Origin: a virus
Lineage: Duplodnaviria; Caudoviricetes
Direction: 5' to 3' (one strand)
Length of the DNA: 64,000 nucleotides
Virus record (IMG/VR): IMGVR_UViG_3300025320_000152
Coordinates: 1-64,000 of that record
Made by a program: the position numbers and the translations under genes. Shown in pieces: positions 19,952 to 29,586 of the stretch. Within the stretch, counting starts at the first letter, position 1, and each line of letters begins with the position of its first letter. Below the pieces are notes generated by a model that did no database searches, was not told the DNA's origin, and saw only the letters and a program-made list of their open reading frames with translations.

Positions 19952-21545
19952 GTGGTGTGCGATGTGTTCAGTTCTCGATGATCTCGTAGTCGTGGGCGCC
20001 GAGCTGGTTCACGAGCTGTGCGGCATGCTCCCGCGCAGACTGCTCATCGGCCGCCTCCACCTCGAATTCCCTAGCCTCGGTGTGTTCCTCATACATCCCC
20101 TTGTCCACGAACCACTGGAGCGTAACGATCCAGCGCTTCATCAGGCCTCCAACAGATCGATGGCCTCTTGGAGGGCCGCACCGATCGGGCAGAATTCGCC
20201 GCCGAGGATGCAGCACACCTCGCAGCCCTCGGAGTGGAGCTCGTACGCCCGCTGGGTCAGCGCATACGCGTCCAGGCCCACGTCGTTGGTCTCGAAGTTT
20301 CCTTCGCCGGCGTGATGCGACTCGTAGTGTGACCCGACGACGGTTGGCAGCGTCAGCAGGTTGTCGTCGTCCTCGACGTCACACAGCCACGGATCCGTAC
20401 ACCCGTCGAAATCACAGCGGAGCTCCACGTCCGTCTTCTCCGGATCCTCGGCCGCGCGCACTGTGGCGCCGAAATTGATGATCGCCATCCTTCTCCCTCA
20501 CTTGCGGAAGCACTCGAAGTTGAACGTGACGTCGTCCGCGCCGTCGTGCACGGCGATGTTGCGGATCGAACTGTCGCTCCACCTGGCCCACTCACGGCCG
20601 TTCACCTCGACCGCTTCGCCGCCCATCAGGATCGTCGTCGGCAACCACTTGCCGCGAAACTTGGACTCGTAGCTCACCCGGTAGAGCTTCGGCGTCGTCT
20701 CGCACGCCTTCGCCGGCGGCGTCTTCAGCACTCGCTGCGTGAGCCAGTACAGCCAGTCGTCGGTGAAATTCGGCTGCATGCCGTTGAGCACCATCGTGGT
20801 TGTCAGATGGTGCGGTCGGCCGCAGACGTACGGATCGTTCACCAGCAACATCGGATCGTCGGAGATCTCTTGGAAGATTCCACTCACCACCACCGTGAGC
20901 ACCGCGGCATCGAGCACGCCATAGCTCTCGATCCGCACCTGCTTTGCGGCCTCGTCGTACTCGGCCGGGATCTGGATGTAGTCGCGCAGGTGCTCCGCGA
21001 TCCAGCGCATCAGCGATGCATCGTTCCCGAAGCTCTCCACGCGCTTCTGTGTGATCCCCATGGTTCCCCTTTCGTCGATTCCCGAGCGGACAGGGACAGG
21101 CAGCGGACGACAGGCCGCCACCCACCCGGCCGCGCTCAACCGAGGGTGAGCGTGTACAGATCCGTACGCTCGAAGGCGAGCTCCGTAATCTCGTGCCAGC
21201 GCTGCTCACCGCAGTCGTCCTCGCGCTCGACTATCCACACGCCGATCAGATCGCCGAGCTGAATGCTGCGCGTCCGCCAGTCGTATTCACGCCATAGCGG
21301 TCGCAGGCGTGCATCCCAATCGACGCCGGCGGATATGTCGTTGAGGACTTTCCACACCGCCTCGCACACCTCGCGGTCGAACTCGGCGCGGTCGGTGATG
21401 GGCGCCTGCTTGAAGACTGTGTCGAGGTGCCCGACCGGACGCGATGGGTCGAACTGCGTGTACTCGTGTTGATCCGGCATCTTGTAGAACACGTGGACTT
21501 GTAGGCGCATCGATCCTCCTTCGCCGATTTTTCGCTTCCGTTTTT

Positions 21546-21587
21546 GGGCACAAAAAATCCCGGCCCGAGCCGAAGCCCGAGCCGGGA
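21546..21587 (-). terminator. intrinsic terminator-like hairpin
   Basis: TCCCGGC stem followed on the minus strand by TTTTTTGTGCCC. Confidence 0.65.
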
Positions 21588-22685
21588 TATCTCGCCTACT
21601 GATGTGCGTTGAAGTCCTGCCAGAACCGTAGCTCCGGTCTCTTGCGCTTGGGAGGATCCGCGAGCGGCACGAACTCCACCTCCCACGTCTCATCGTCGTC
21701 CTCGACCGGCGGCGCGATGCGCTCCGGACCGGCTGCCTCGCGCTCGGCCTCGCGAACTTGGAACGCCGCGTCGAACACCTCACGGCTCCCGTCATCGGGA
21801 GTTTCCGGGGCCATGAACGCGGACTTGTAGTCCGGCACGGTCGCGCCCGGCTTCTTGCTTGTCAGCGCGCGCCGCACGGCGTCCGTAACGCTCACCGGAC
21901 TGACGTACGCGCGCCCGGCCGGACCGGCGAGAATCTCGCGCCCGTCCCAAGCACCGCGCCCGCGCGGGTTGTGCACGACGACGAACTCTGCGTCTCCGAG
22001 CACATGCCGCTTGGCGCCGTTGATGTAGACGTACTGCGTGCGGAACGCCATGCCGCCGTCCCGGATGCTGTCGAAATCCAGCACCTCGACCGACTCGACC
22101 TTGAACGGCTCCGCCCCTACCTGGTTCGCGCGCACGACCAGGCCCATGAAGAGCTCAGCCGCGTCGATGACGGTTACCGTCCCCAGCGCGTACTCACCAC
22201 GCAGCGGGATCGCGGTGGACACAGCGCGTCCCTTGCGCGGCTTGGCCTTGCCGTGTCTGTTGCGCGAAGGAATTCGGGCGCCCTCGAATGTGGCTGAGGG
22301 AACCTTGGTCGTACCCGTATTCCTCAAGACAGCTCGTCCCCTGCTACGACGCGTACTTCCTCGCCCGGCTTGTAGTCGCGCCGGTTGATGGCCGTGCCTC
22401 CATTCGGCAGATCGGCGAGCAGCCACACCTTCTCGTATACGAACCGCGTGACCATCTCGCCGTTCTCAAGCACCTTGCGCGTGCTGGCGTACACCGTGTC
22501 GCCGTACTCGACGAGCTGCGGATCCAACGGATACGTGCTGCGGAAAATCTCCGCGTGCGCGGCGGCGTCCAGCAGAACCTCGCGCGGAATCTCGCGCGGC
22601 TCCTCTGCGGTGGTGGAAAATACGGCGCGCTTGTAGACAGAAGTCGTTGCCATCGTCTCGTTCCTTCGTAGGACGTTTCGATTTT

Positions 22686-22728
22686 GGGCATGAAAAAAGT
22701 TCCCTACGGCTCGCCAGCCGTAGGGAAC
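22686..22728 (-). terminator. intrinsic terminator
   Basis: 12-bp stem GTTCCCTACGGC / GCCGTAGGGAAC followed on the minus strand by TTTTTTCATGCCC. Confidence 0.75.
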
Positions 22729-22786
22729 ACGAGAGCTAGCCAGACCCCCTAGCGGAGTCTGGCTAGCTCAGTGAGCGCGCGCTCTG

Positions 22787-23584
22787 TCAGCCCATGCGCT
22801 TGATCTTGGTGCCCCGGTCCAGACCGGACAGGTTGAACCGGTCACGCCAGTAGGACAGGTTCTCAGCGTTCAGGCCATACGCGTGATCCCACGTGATCAC
22901 GGTCGGCTTGCCATCCTTGCCCATCGCGGGCAGTCCGAGCCGCGCGCGCGTTGCGCTGATCTCCTCGGCGGACAGTTCTCGCTCACCCGTGCGGACTTCC
23001 GAGATGACGTCGCGCAACTCGTTGTAGAGATCTTCGATTTCCTCGGAGCGCTGCTCCGCGCGAGTGATTGCGTCGGCAAGCTCACCCGGCTTGCTCAGCC
23101 GCTTGACCTCAGCAGCGATTTCCTCGCCCGACTCGATGACTGCCGTCATGGCATCGAACGCGTCCGCCTTGACCGCGCGCGCGACCGAAACCGCGCTCTC
23201 CGCGCTCGTGATCGCTTCCGCAGCCTTGTCACGCGCGCTCGTGAGCGACTTCTCAACCTTGGGATCCGTGGACGCTGCCAGAGCCTTGACCGCGTCCGCG
23301 TGCGCGCTCTTGGCCGCGCTGAGCGCGCTCTCAGCCGCGCGGAACTCCGTCTTGGCCTTGACCTCGGCAGCGCGCGCCGTGTCGTAAGCGCGCTCGTTGT
23401 CCTGCTGACGCGTGATGACCTCCGCGTTATCCCGCTCGTACTCGGCGACCTTGACGGACCAATCGTGCTCCGCGCTCCCGATCGCGCGACGGAACTTGCC
23501 AAGCGTGTTGCGCCGCATGTAGTCCGCCCGATCGAGAGCAACGAGCGGGAACAGCTGAGCAGCGTTAGCGGCCAACTTCGCCAT
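22787..23584 (-). CDS. Ala-rich coiled-coil protein, first gene of the leftward arm
   Basis: 265-aa ORF, heptad-like Ala/Glu/Lys composition, GGAG RBS. Confidence 0.65.
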   Translation of the reverse strand: MAKLAANAAQLFPLVALDRADYMRRNTLGKFRRAIGSAEHDWSVKVAEYERDNAEVITRQQDNERAYDTARAAEVKAKTEFRAAESALSAAKSAHADAVKALAASTDPKVEKSLTSARDKAAEAITSAESAVSVARAVKADAFDAMTAVIESGEEIAAEVKRLSKPGELADAITRAEQRSEEIEDLYNELRDVISEVRTGERELSAEEISATRARLGLPAMGKDGKPTVITWDHAYGLNAENLSYWRDRFNLSGLDRGTKIKRMG

Positions 23585-23589
23585 GAGTG

Positions 23590-24800
23590 CACACTCCGAT
23601 TTCCGGGAATGAGAATTGAATGGAATTTCCCGCGTTTTTATTCGCGCGATTTATTCCGCTGAATTTTTCAGCGATTTTTTCTCGCGCGATTTTCTCGCGG
23701 AATTCTGCGCGCGGGCACGCGAGCGGCGCGGGCAGTGCGCCCGGTCGGTCCGTGATCATGCCTGCGTGTGTCATAGCTCAATAATCCCAGGTCAGAGGCA
23801 TGATCACCATATCCCGTGATCATACTGTGATGCCTTAGACGCCAATCTGTAGTCTTGATCTTGGTACCTACAAACAGCCATGTAGTCTTTTGATAACCAG
23901 TGTGACCAGAGTGGCGACGTACGCAGATGATCATCGAGTGGATCATGCAAAGCCGCAGGTCAGAGGCCTTTTGATCTTCGCATAGGTCCGACATGATGTC
24001 GGCATATTCGGCCCGACTAATTCTGATATGCCCGATTTGATATCGGCTTCCCCGTATCAACATGCGGCATGGGTATGCAGGCGGCTCGTATCATTATCCG
24101 AAGGTCAGGGGTTGATACGCGCTGCCGCTCGCGCAAGAGGTGAGGCGTGATCAGCAGCTCTAGTGGATCATCAATCAAGATCACATAGGTACTCAGCGCT
24201 GTGACCTGCAAGGACAACGGCACAATGGTAGCTAGTTGCTACGCCGCACGCCAGGGATCATGGATGCCAGCCCATTCGCAGAGTTCTGATGCAAGGTGGT
24301 TGCTGCCAGTACCCCACATTGGTCTAGACCATGATTCGATCATCAAACCGACTGGAGGCAGGCTCCATATGTCAATGGCCGTATGGTGCTTGTGTTAATC
24401 AGTCATGTGTCCGAGTTATCCGCTTTGCCACCATGATAACGGTCATTATCATGGTCAAACCATGATCCACAAGGCCATGTCAAGGTGTGGATACGTGAGG
24501 CCCAGGGGTGGCGCAGAGTAATTAAGACAAGCACCATACATGTGATGATGTCAATGCCTTGTTGTATCAACCTCTTGACACCCCCCTACCCTTAACGAAT
24601 GATCTTGCAACCTGCGGGACTGGACATCCGCGCAACATGGCTCAGTTTAGCACGGAGCCAGTGGCCCCGGGGCTCTGACCTGCGATAATGTTCCGACGCG
24701 GTGTCGGGATAACTTCCATGCCCAGCGGCTCGATGAGTCAATATCTTGCTAACTGGCGGCGCTCGGACGCGCTGGTGTTCCATTTTTGCTCCAATAAAGA
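23590..24800. promoter_or_regulatory. large non-coding divergence region (candidate origin, terminus or early promoter region)
   Basis: no credible ORF, visibly lower GC, dense GATC/ATCATG; gene polarity switches across it. Confidence 0.55.
24430..24455. other. symmetric dif/Xer-like recombination site candidate
   Basis: ACCATGATAA-CGGTCA-TTATCATGGT: perfect 10-bp inverted arms, 6-bp spacer, ATAA-N6-TTAT core. Confidence 0.5.
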
Positions 24801-24865
24801 TCAGTTCGCAGGTTTACACGGCGTAGCTGCCGCTCGGCGTCGCCGGCGAGCGGCAGACTAGGTGC

Positions 24866-25597
24866 ATGACTGACGTACCCTCAGATGTGATTCAAGGCTG
24901 CGTGGCCTTGGGCACCATCGGACTTGCCACCGCAACGTTCAGCACCGTGCGCGCACAGCGACGCAGCAACCTCGATGCGACAGCGCCGCGCATCCTGGTC
25001 ACCCAGTTCGCTGTCCAGGAGCAGCCCCGCGCGGGCTCGCCTGCCGCGCCGTCCACACAGCCGGTGAGCCCCGGCACTAGTTGGGATATGACACAACACG
25101 GAGCGACGGTCATGGGCGTATGGGCCGACGGGCAGATGCGGAACGAGGGATCTTCGACGGCTCTGGTTGCCATCGCGGGCGACGACGTCGGGCTCGATAA
25201 GGTCTGGGCCGAGGCGCCCGATCCGCAGGACAGCAGCCAGTTCGGGTACCCACTTCCTCAGCAGGGCGGACTGTATCTCCTGGCTCCGGGCGAGGAAGCC
25301 GTCTTCACAGTCCACTGGTGGCGGCCGTCGCACGACTGGATCTCGTCCCCCGAGGGTCAGACTCCGACGACCTCCTTGACGATTGCGGTTCGCGGCGCGG
25401 TGGAAGGCGGCCCGGTGGACACATGTGTGCTCCGCTTCGGCGCGCTGCCGTTCGTTCGGCAGCCGGGGAGGGACGGGTGGATGATCGCCAATGGGAACCC
25501 TGCTGCAAGCGCGCCGTCCAAGCCTGAGACCGCTCCTGTAGCCGAGATCGGCCTAATCCGCCGGGCTTACCCAAGGGGGCGCCTGTTCAGGCGTTAG
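24866..25597 (+). CDS. hypothetical protein with N-terminal membrane anchor (moron-like)
   Basis: hydrophobic N-terminus; isolated gene with its own terminator. Confidence 0.6.
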   Translation: MTDVPSDVIQGCVALGTIGLATATFSTVRAQRRSNLDATAPRILVTQFAVQEQPRAGSPAAPSTQPVSPGTSWDMTQHGATVMGVWADGQMRNEGSSTALVAIAGDDVGLDKVWAEAPDPQDSSQFGYPLPQQGGLYLLAPGEEAVFTVHWWRPSHDWISSPEGQTPTTSLTIAVRGAVEGGPVDTCVLRFGALPFVRQPGRDGWMIANGNPAASAPSKPETAPVAEIGLIRRAYPRGRLFRR

Positions 25598-25632
25598 CTG
25601 GCACTCCGACTCAGGTAGACAGATGGGAATGG

Positions 25633-25669
25633 CAGAGAGCCCCGGGGTCATAACTCCCGGGGCTCTCTG
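25633..25669. terminator. bidirectional terminator between convergent genes
   Basis: CAGAGAGCCCCGGG / CCCGGGGCTCTCTG inverted repeat. Confidence 0.7.
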
Positions 25670-25780
25670 TGTGCTGTAGCCGACGCAACAGCTGCAGCGC
25701 CATGTCCAACTTCAGATAGGCCGCTCCACCGAGCCGGTCTGAGATCGACGCTATTCTCATCGACTTCTCATGTGTGAGCG

Positions 25781-26647
25781 TTAACGTCGGGCCTTTGGGT
25801 CAGGCAGCTGCCACTCGCCGCTGGTTAACGCCTGCCAGGTCTCCTTCGCCGTCCGCCGCGCGTCCCTACCGCGCTGGGTGGGGACGAATAGTCCAGAGAG
25901 AGGTTCGTCGGCCGACCGGACCGTCATGAGCGTGAACGGCTCAGGCGCGTCGATCTTGGCGGTAAGGGGCACTAGCCGCATTCGTACAACAGTTCGACCA
26001 ACCATCTTCTCGCGGATCTCGGCAAACGGGACGCTGCGGCCGATGATTCCGGGGACATTGCGTGTCGTGTGCCGCAGGCGGTCCCACATCTCGGCGAGGA
26101 TCGGATCGCCGGTCTCGGCGCGCATGGTGTTGATCTGCTGGAGCATCGGAAGGGCCCAGCGCTCGTGCCAGTCGAGCAGCTCCACGCGCGCCGCCTCGGC
26201 TGTCAGCGTCCACTCTGCGGCGTTGGCGCCGGGGCCGAGAGCCGGGAACCACTCCAGGAACAAGCGGTTGGCCGCGAGGACGTTCCAGTACCGGTCGTGG
26301 ACGTAGGCCGCGATGGTCATGTGCGCGCAGCTCGCGATGAGGTCCTCTGGCGTGCGATAGGGGCCGGGAAGCGCGGGTGGCTCGTGGCCGCGCATCAGCA
26401 CGAACAGGCTGCGGCGCTCCCCGGGGGACATCTCCAGCACCTCGGCGAGCTTGTCGAGTGTCTCGATCGGCGCCTGGGGCTGCACCAAGCCGGCCTCGTA
26501 CTTCTTGTAGGTGTTGACGTGCACGCCGATGGCGTCTGCGACGGCCTCCTGGGTGTACTTGGCTGGGCCGGGAGGGCGGAGCCGGGTGCGGCACGTGAGG
26601 ACCAGATTCGCCAAGTCGATGTTGAACTCGGCGTCCTGACGTGCCAT
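25781..26647 (-). CDS. XRE-HTH regulator with MmyB-like (PAS-fold) ligand-binding domain
   Basis: TQEAVADAIGVHVNTYKKYEAG HTH; LA.VL.M...ERR.L; AYV.DRYWNVLAAN...W.P signature. Confidence 0.8.
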   Translation of the reverse strand: MARQDAEFNIDLANLVLTCRTRLRPPGPAKYTQEAVADAIGVHVNTYKKYEAGLVQPQAPIETLDKLAEVLEMSPGERRSLFVLMRGHEPPALPGPYRTPEDLIASCAHMTIAAYVHDRYWNVLAANRLFLEWFPALGPGANAAEWTLTAEAARVELLDWHERWALPMLQQINTMRAETGDPILAEMWDRLRHTTRNVPGIIGRSVPFAEIREKMVGRTVVRMRLVPLTAKIDAPEPFTLMTVRSADEPLSGLFVPTQRGRDARRTAKETWQALTSGEWQLPDPKARR

Positions 26648-27045
26648 GCAGCCTCCTAGGTAAGGCCGGTCTAGACCACGACGCTAGCATCTACGCGATC
26701 TGATGACAGAGGGGTTTAAGGGGCCCATGTAAAGGGGCCGTAAAAATACACACCGTGGGTGTCTGGTCACTGCGGTGCTGGTGAAGAGATCCTCGTTAAA
26801 GTCAAGTACTCCTTAAGGGGGAATAAAGCTGTGGGCGAGGAAGACGAGGGCGGGACAGTCGAGGAGATCCTGGAGGCGTTGGCGCGCTTGGTGGAGCGCG
26901 GCGAGGTCGTCGTCCGGGGTGCCTTGACGGCATCGCCACGCCAGGTGGAGGTGGAGATCCAGTAGATGGGTTCGTAATGCACGACGTCTACCTCTGATCG
27001 GATATAGCTGCTACCTTTAACCCAACCGAGCAGGTTGGAGCTGAG

Positions 27046-27525
27046 ATGACTCTCCCCACGTGTCAGCGGGACACTCCGGGCAGGGAGCGCACGCGATGCG
27101 GCCTCCCTGCCCGGGAGCAGCCTTACTACGTAGTGCTGCCAGCTCGCAGGGGCTCAGACGGCATCGTCCTCGACAAGGGCGGCCCACTTGAGCTCACTCT
27201 GTGCGCCGGCTGCGTCGAAGAACTGTTCGCATCCCTCGATCCCTTTATCGCGAACGCCGAGAAGGCGCCGCTGCGCCAGACCCTCGACGTCGAGGACAGA
27301 TTCGGCCAGCCGTGGTCGGCTGAGATGCTCCGGGCGTTGGCAAAGGCCGTCGCAGGTCTCGATGTTCCCGAGAAGGGGCGGCTGGAAGCAGTTTTGGAAG
27401 CGCAACTGCTTACCATGGTCGACACGGACCCGGAGCTCCACGCGAAGATCAAGCGGGAGCTTGCTGGGATCCGGCTGGAGAAACGCTCCCGCGCGGAGGG
27501 CAAGCGGAAGCAAGCCGCATCGTGA
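27046..27525 (+). CDS. Lsr2-like nucleoid-associated protein
   Basis: ELTLC...EELFASL.PFI..A dimerisation-like segment; LRALAK..GLDVPEKGRL resembles the Lsr2 IR.WA...G..V..RGRI motif. Confidence 0.55.
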   Translation: MTLPTCQRDTPGRERTRCGLPAREQPYYVVLPARRGSDGIVLDKGGPLELTLCAGCVEELFASLDPFIANAEKAPLRQTLDVEDRFGQPWSAEMLRALAKAVAGLDVPEKGRLEAVLEAQLLTMVDTDPELHAKIKRELAGIRLEKRSRAEGKRKQAAS

Positions 27526-28436
27526 CCGTCGCGCTGATAGAGAAGACGGTCGAGGACTGGCTACGACCGAAGTCGGACAACACCCAGCGTGGGTACCGAC
27601 GTGATCTAGAGTTGTGGCTCGGATACTGCGAGCAGGCCGACGTGGATCCGCTGTCCGCCGTCCGGTCGGATGCGGAGAAGTTCCGTGCGTGGTTGGAGGA
27701 GAACGGCTGCGCGGATGCGTCGGTTGCTCGGCGCATGCGGGGCGCCTCGTCCTTCTACGCCTACGCCGTCGAGGAAAGTGTGGCGGAGCGCAACCCGTTC
27801 ATCAAGGCTTCGAAACCGAAGATCGACACGACCTTCTCCGCAACCGTGTGGCTCAGTGAGAACGAGGCCGCGCGGTTCCTTCGTGCTGCGGAGCTGCGGG
27901 TGCGCAACGAGCGCCCGGGGCGACCGGCGTACGTGACGGCGATGCGCAACTGGGCGATGGTGTCGGTCACGCTCATCCTCGGCCTGCGCACTGACGAAGT
28001 GGCGTCGCTGACGGTTGGGGACTACACCGAGGTCGCCGAGGTCATGGGTTTGAACGTGCGGGGCAAGGGCGGCAAGCAGGTCCGTCGCACTGTGCCACCG
28101 CAGCTCGCGGAGTGCATAGACCGCTACCTGGCCGAGCGCGGTTCGCTGCGCGACGAGAACCCCCTGTTCGCCACCGCAACCGGACGGGTGGTCGACTACA
28201 AGACGCGGTACGAGATGGTCGGGGTGATCGCGCGGGACGCGCGGCTGCCCAACGCGTTGAGCATCACGCCGCACTCCCTGCGCCACACCTTCGCGACACT
28301 ATCCTCCAAGGGAGGCGCGTCGACTCGGAACATCAAGCGCGCCATGGCCCACTCCTCTGAGCGAACCACCGAGCGGTACCGGCACGACGAGATGGATGAT
28401 CCGTCGGTGCTGATGGCGGATGCGCTTCTGCGCTAA
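27522..28436 (+). CDS. XerC/D-like tyrosine recombinase
   Basis: SAM-like N-domain; GLRTDE (R), GKGGK (K), HSLRH, AHS and RY catalytic residues; 304 aa with no arm-binding domain. Confidence 0.9.
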   Translation: MTVALIEKTVEDWLRPKSDNTQRGYRRDLELWLGYCEQADVDPLSAVRSDAEKFRAWLEENGCADASVARRMRGASSFYAYAVEESVAERNPFIKASKPKIDTTFSATVWLSENEAARFLRAAELRVRNERPGRPAYVTAMRNWAMVSVTLILGLRTDEVASLTVGDYTEVAEVMGLNVRGKGGKQVRRTVPPQLAECIDRYLAERGSLRDENPLFATATGRVVDYKTRYEMVGVIARDARLPNALSITPHSLRHTFATLSSKGGASTRNIKRAMAHSSERTTERYRHDEMDDPSVLMADALLR

Positions 28437-28500
28437 CACTCTGGTCGCTCCCCTGCATAGCGTGCTGATACGGACTCTATTCAGCGCATGAGGAGCGGCC

Positions 28501-28842
28501 ATGCCCATGAACGATCACTACGCCCACGCGAAGTTCACCAACGTGACGCGCGAGCTGCACATGCGGGACGGTTCGCGGATCGGCCTGGTGCGCGGGGTTT
28601 CCGAGCTCGTCTCGCAGCTGGCCGCCGACGCGGAGGCCGCGTTGACCGCGGCGGCCCAACTGGTGGACGTGGTGGAGAGCGGCGGCGAGGACGAGGAGAT
28701 CTTCTCGGTGGCCGTTACCTTGGGGCGTGACGCCGCGACGGCGGTGGCGACCGGGTACCAGGTGGCGGCGGCCCTGGACGTCCCGGATTTCGATCTCGAT
28801 GTGCACTGTGTTCTGACTTCCCCCCTGAGTGCCGTGTCCTAA
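28501..28842 (+). CDS. hypothetical protein
   Basis: ORF with GAGGAG RBS. Confidence 0.55.
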   Translation: MPMNDHYAHAKFTNVTRELHMRDGSRIGLVRGVSELVSQLAADAEAALTAAAQLVDVVESGGEDEEIFSVAVTLGRDAATAVATGYQVAAALDVPDFDLDVHCVLTSPLSAVS

Positions 28843-28903
28843 CATTGACGTTCGTGTTCGAACTACGCTTGGCGTGACGGCGGACGAACACGCAGGGGCG
28901 CGC

Positions 28904-29221
28904 ATGCTTGATTGGTTGGCCTCAGGCCTAAGCAGTGTCGAAGGGTTCTCCCTCGACGCGCCCATCGTTCTCGGTCCCGTCCTGACAATCGTCGCCGTCC
29001 TCCTGATGAACGAGTGGATCGTGCCCGGCCGGACACATCGCCGGGTTCTGAAGGAGAACAAGGAGCTGCGCGAGCTGATCGAGAAGATCATCCCCTTGGC
29101 GCAGAGCATGGTCGAGGCGACCGAGGCGATGACCGCTACGGCGGAGAGGTCGGTGCGTGTCATGGAAGACGTGGTCAACGCCATGGGCGGCGCGCGTCCG
29201 GTCTACAGGGCAGCGCGGTGA
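28904..29221 (+). CDS. single-pass membrane protein with coiled coil
   Basis: hydrophobic segment then WIVPG..H and a coiled coil, like actinophage lysis-region membrane proteins. Confidence 0.55.
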   Translation: MLDWLASGLSSVEGFSLDAPIVLGPVLTIVAVLLMNEWIVPGRTHRRVLKENKELRELIEKIIPLAQSMVEATEAMTATAERSVRVMEDVVNAMGGARPVYRAAR

Positions 29222-29475
29222 GCCGGCGAAGCGGCTTCCAGCCGCACACCGAGGTCAACGAGCACCGGACCGAGATGGATGAGCTGTGCGCGCGCATGCG
29301 ATCGGCCGCCGCGCAGATGCGCGCGCACAGCGCCGGATCCGCCGAGGTCGAGGACCGCAACCGGCGTCTGGCCCTCGCTGAGGGCGCAGCCTTGCAGGAG
29401 GAGATGAAGTCATGGCCGCACGCGAGCCGAAGCCCGAGGAGTCCAAGAGCGAATGTGACAACCACGCCGGCGTAG
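29218..29475 (+). CDS. hypothetical protein
   Basis: GTG overlapping the upstream stop. Confidence 0.45.
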   Translation: MSRRSGFQPHTEVNEHRTEMDELCARMRSAAAQMRAHSAGSAEVEDRNRRLALAEGAALQEEMKSWPHASRSPRSPRANVTTTPA

Positions 29476-29586
29476 ATGCCGTGTTCGTGAGCGACGGCGG
29501 CGGGAAGCACCAGCCCATCCGCCTGTGCAAGCCGTGCCTGGCCAGGATGGAGCGGGCCCAGGTGCCCAGGCGCGGGGGCATCCGCG

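Larger units (their letters stand above)
19324..22653 (-). other. run of hypothetical ORFs (19324-19905, 19968-20141, 20141-20488, 20498-21061, 21136-21510, 21596-22222, 22324-22653)
   Basis: minus-strand ORFs with RBSs, separated by terminator-like hairpins. Confidence 0.55.

Noticed and set aside
28440-28500. Imperfect hairpin covering the RBS after the recombinase (attP or riboregulator)
   Set aside because: Pairing is weak and bulged, within chance for GC-rich DNA.
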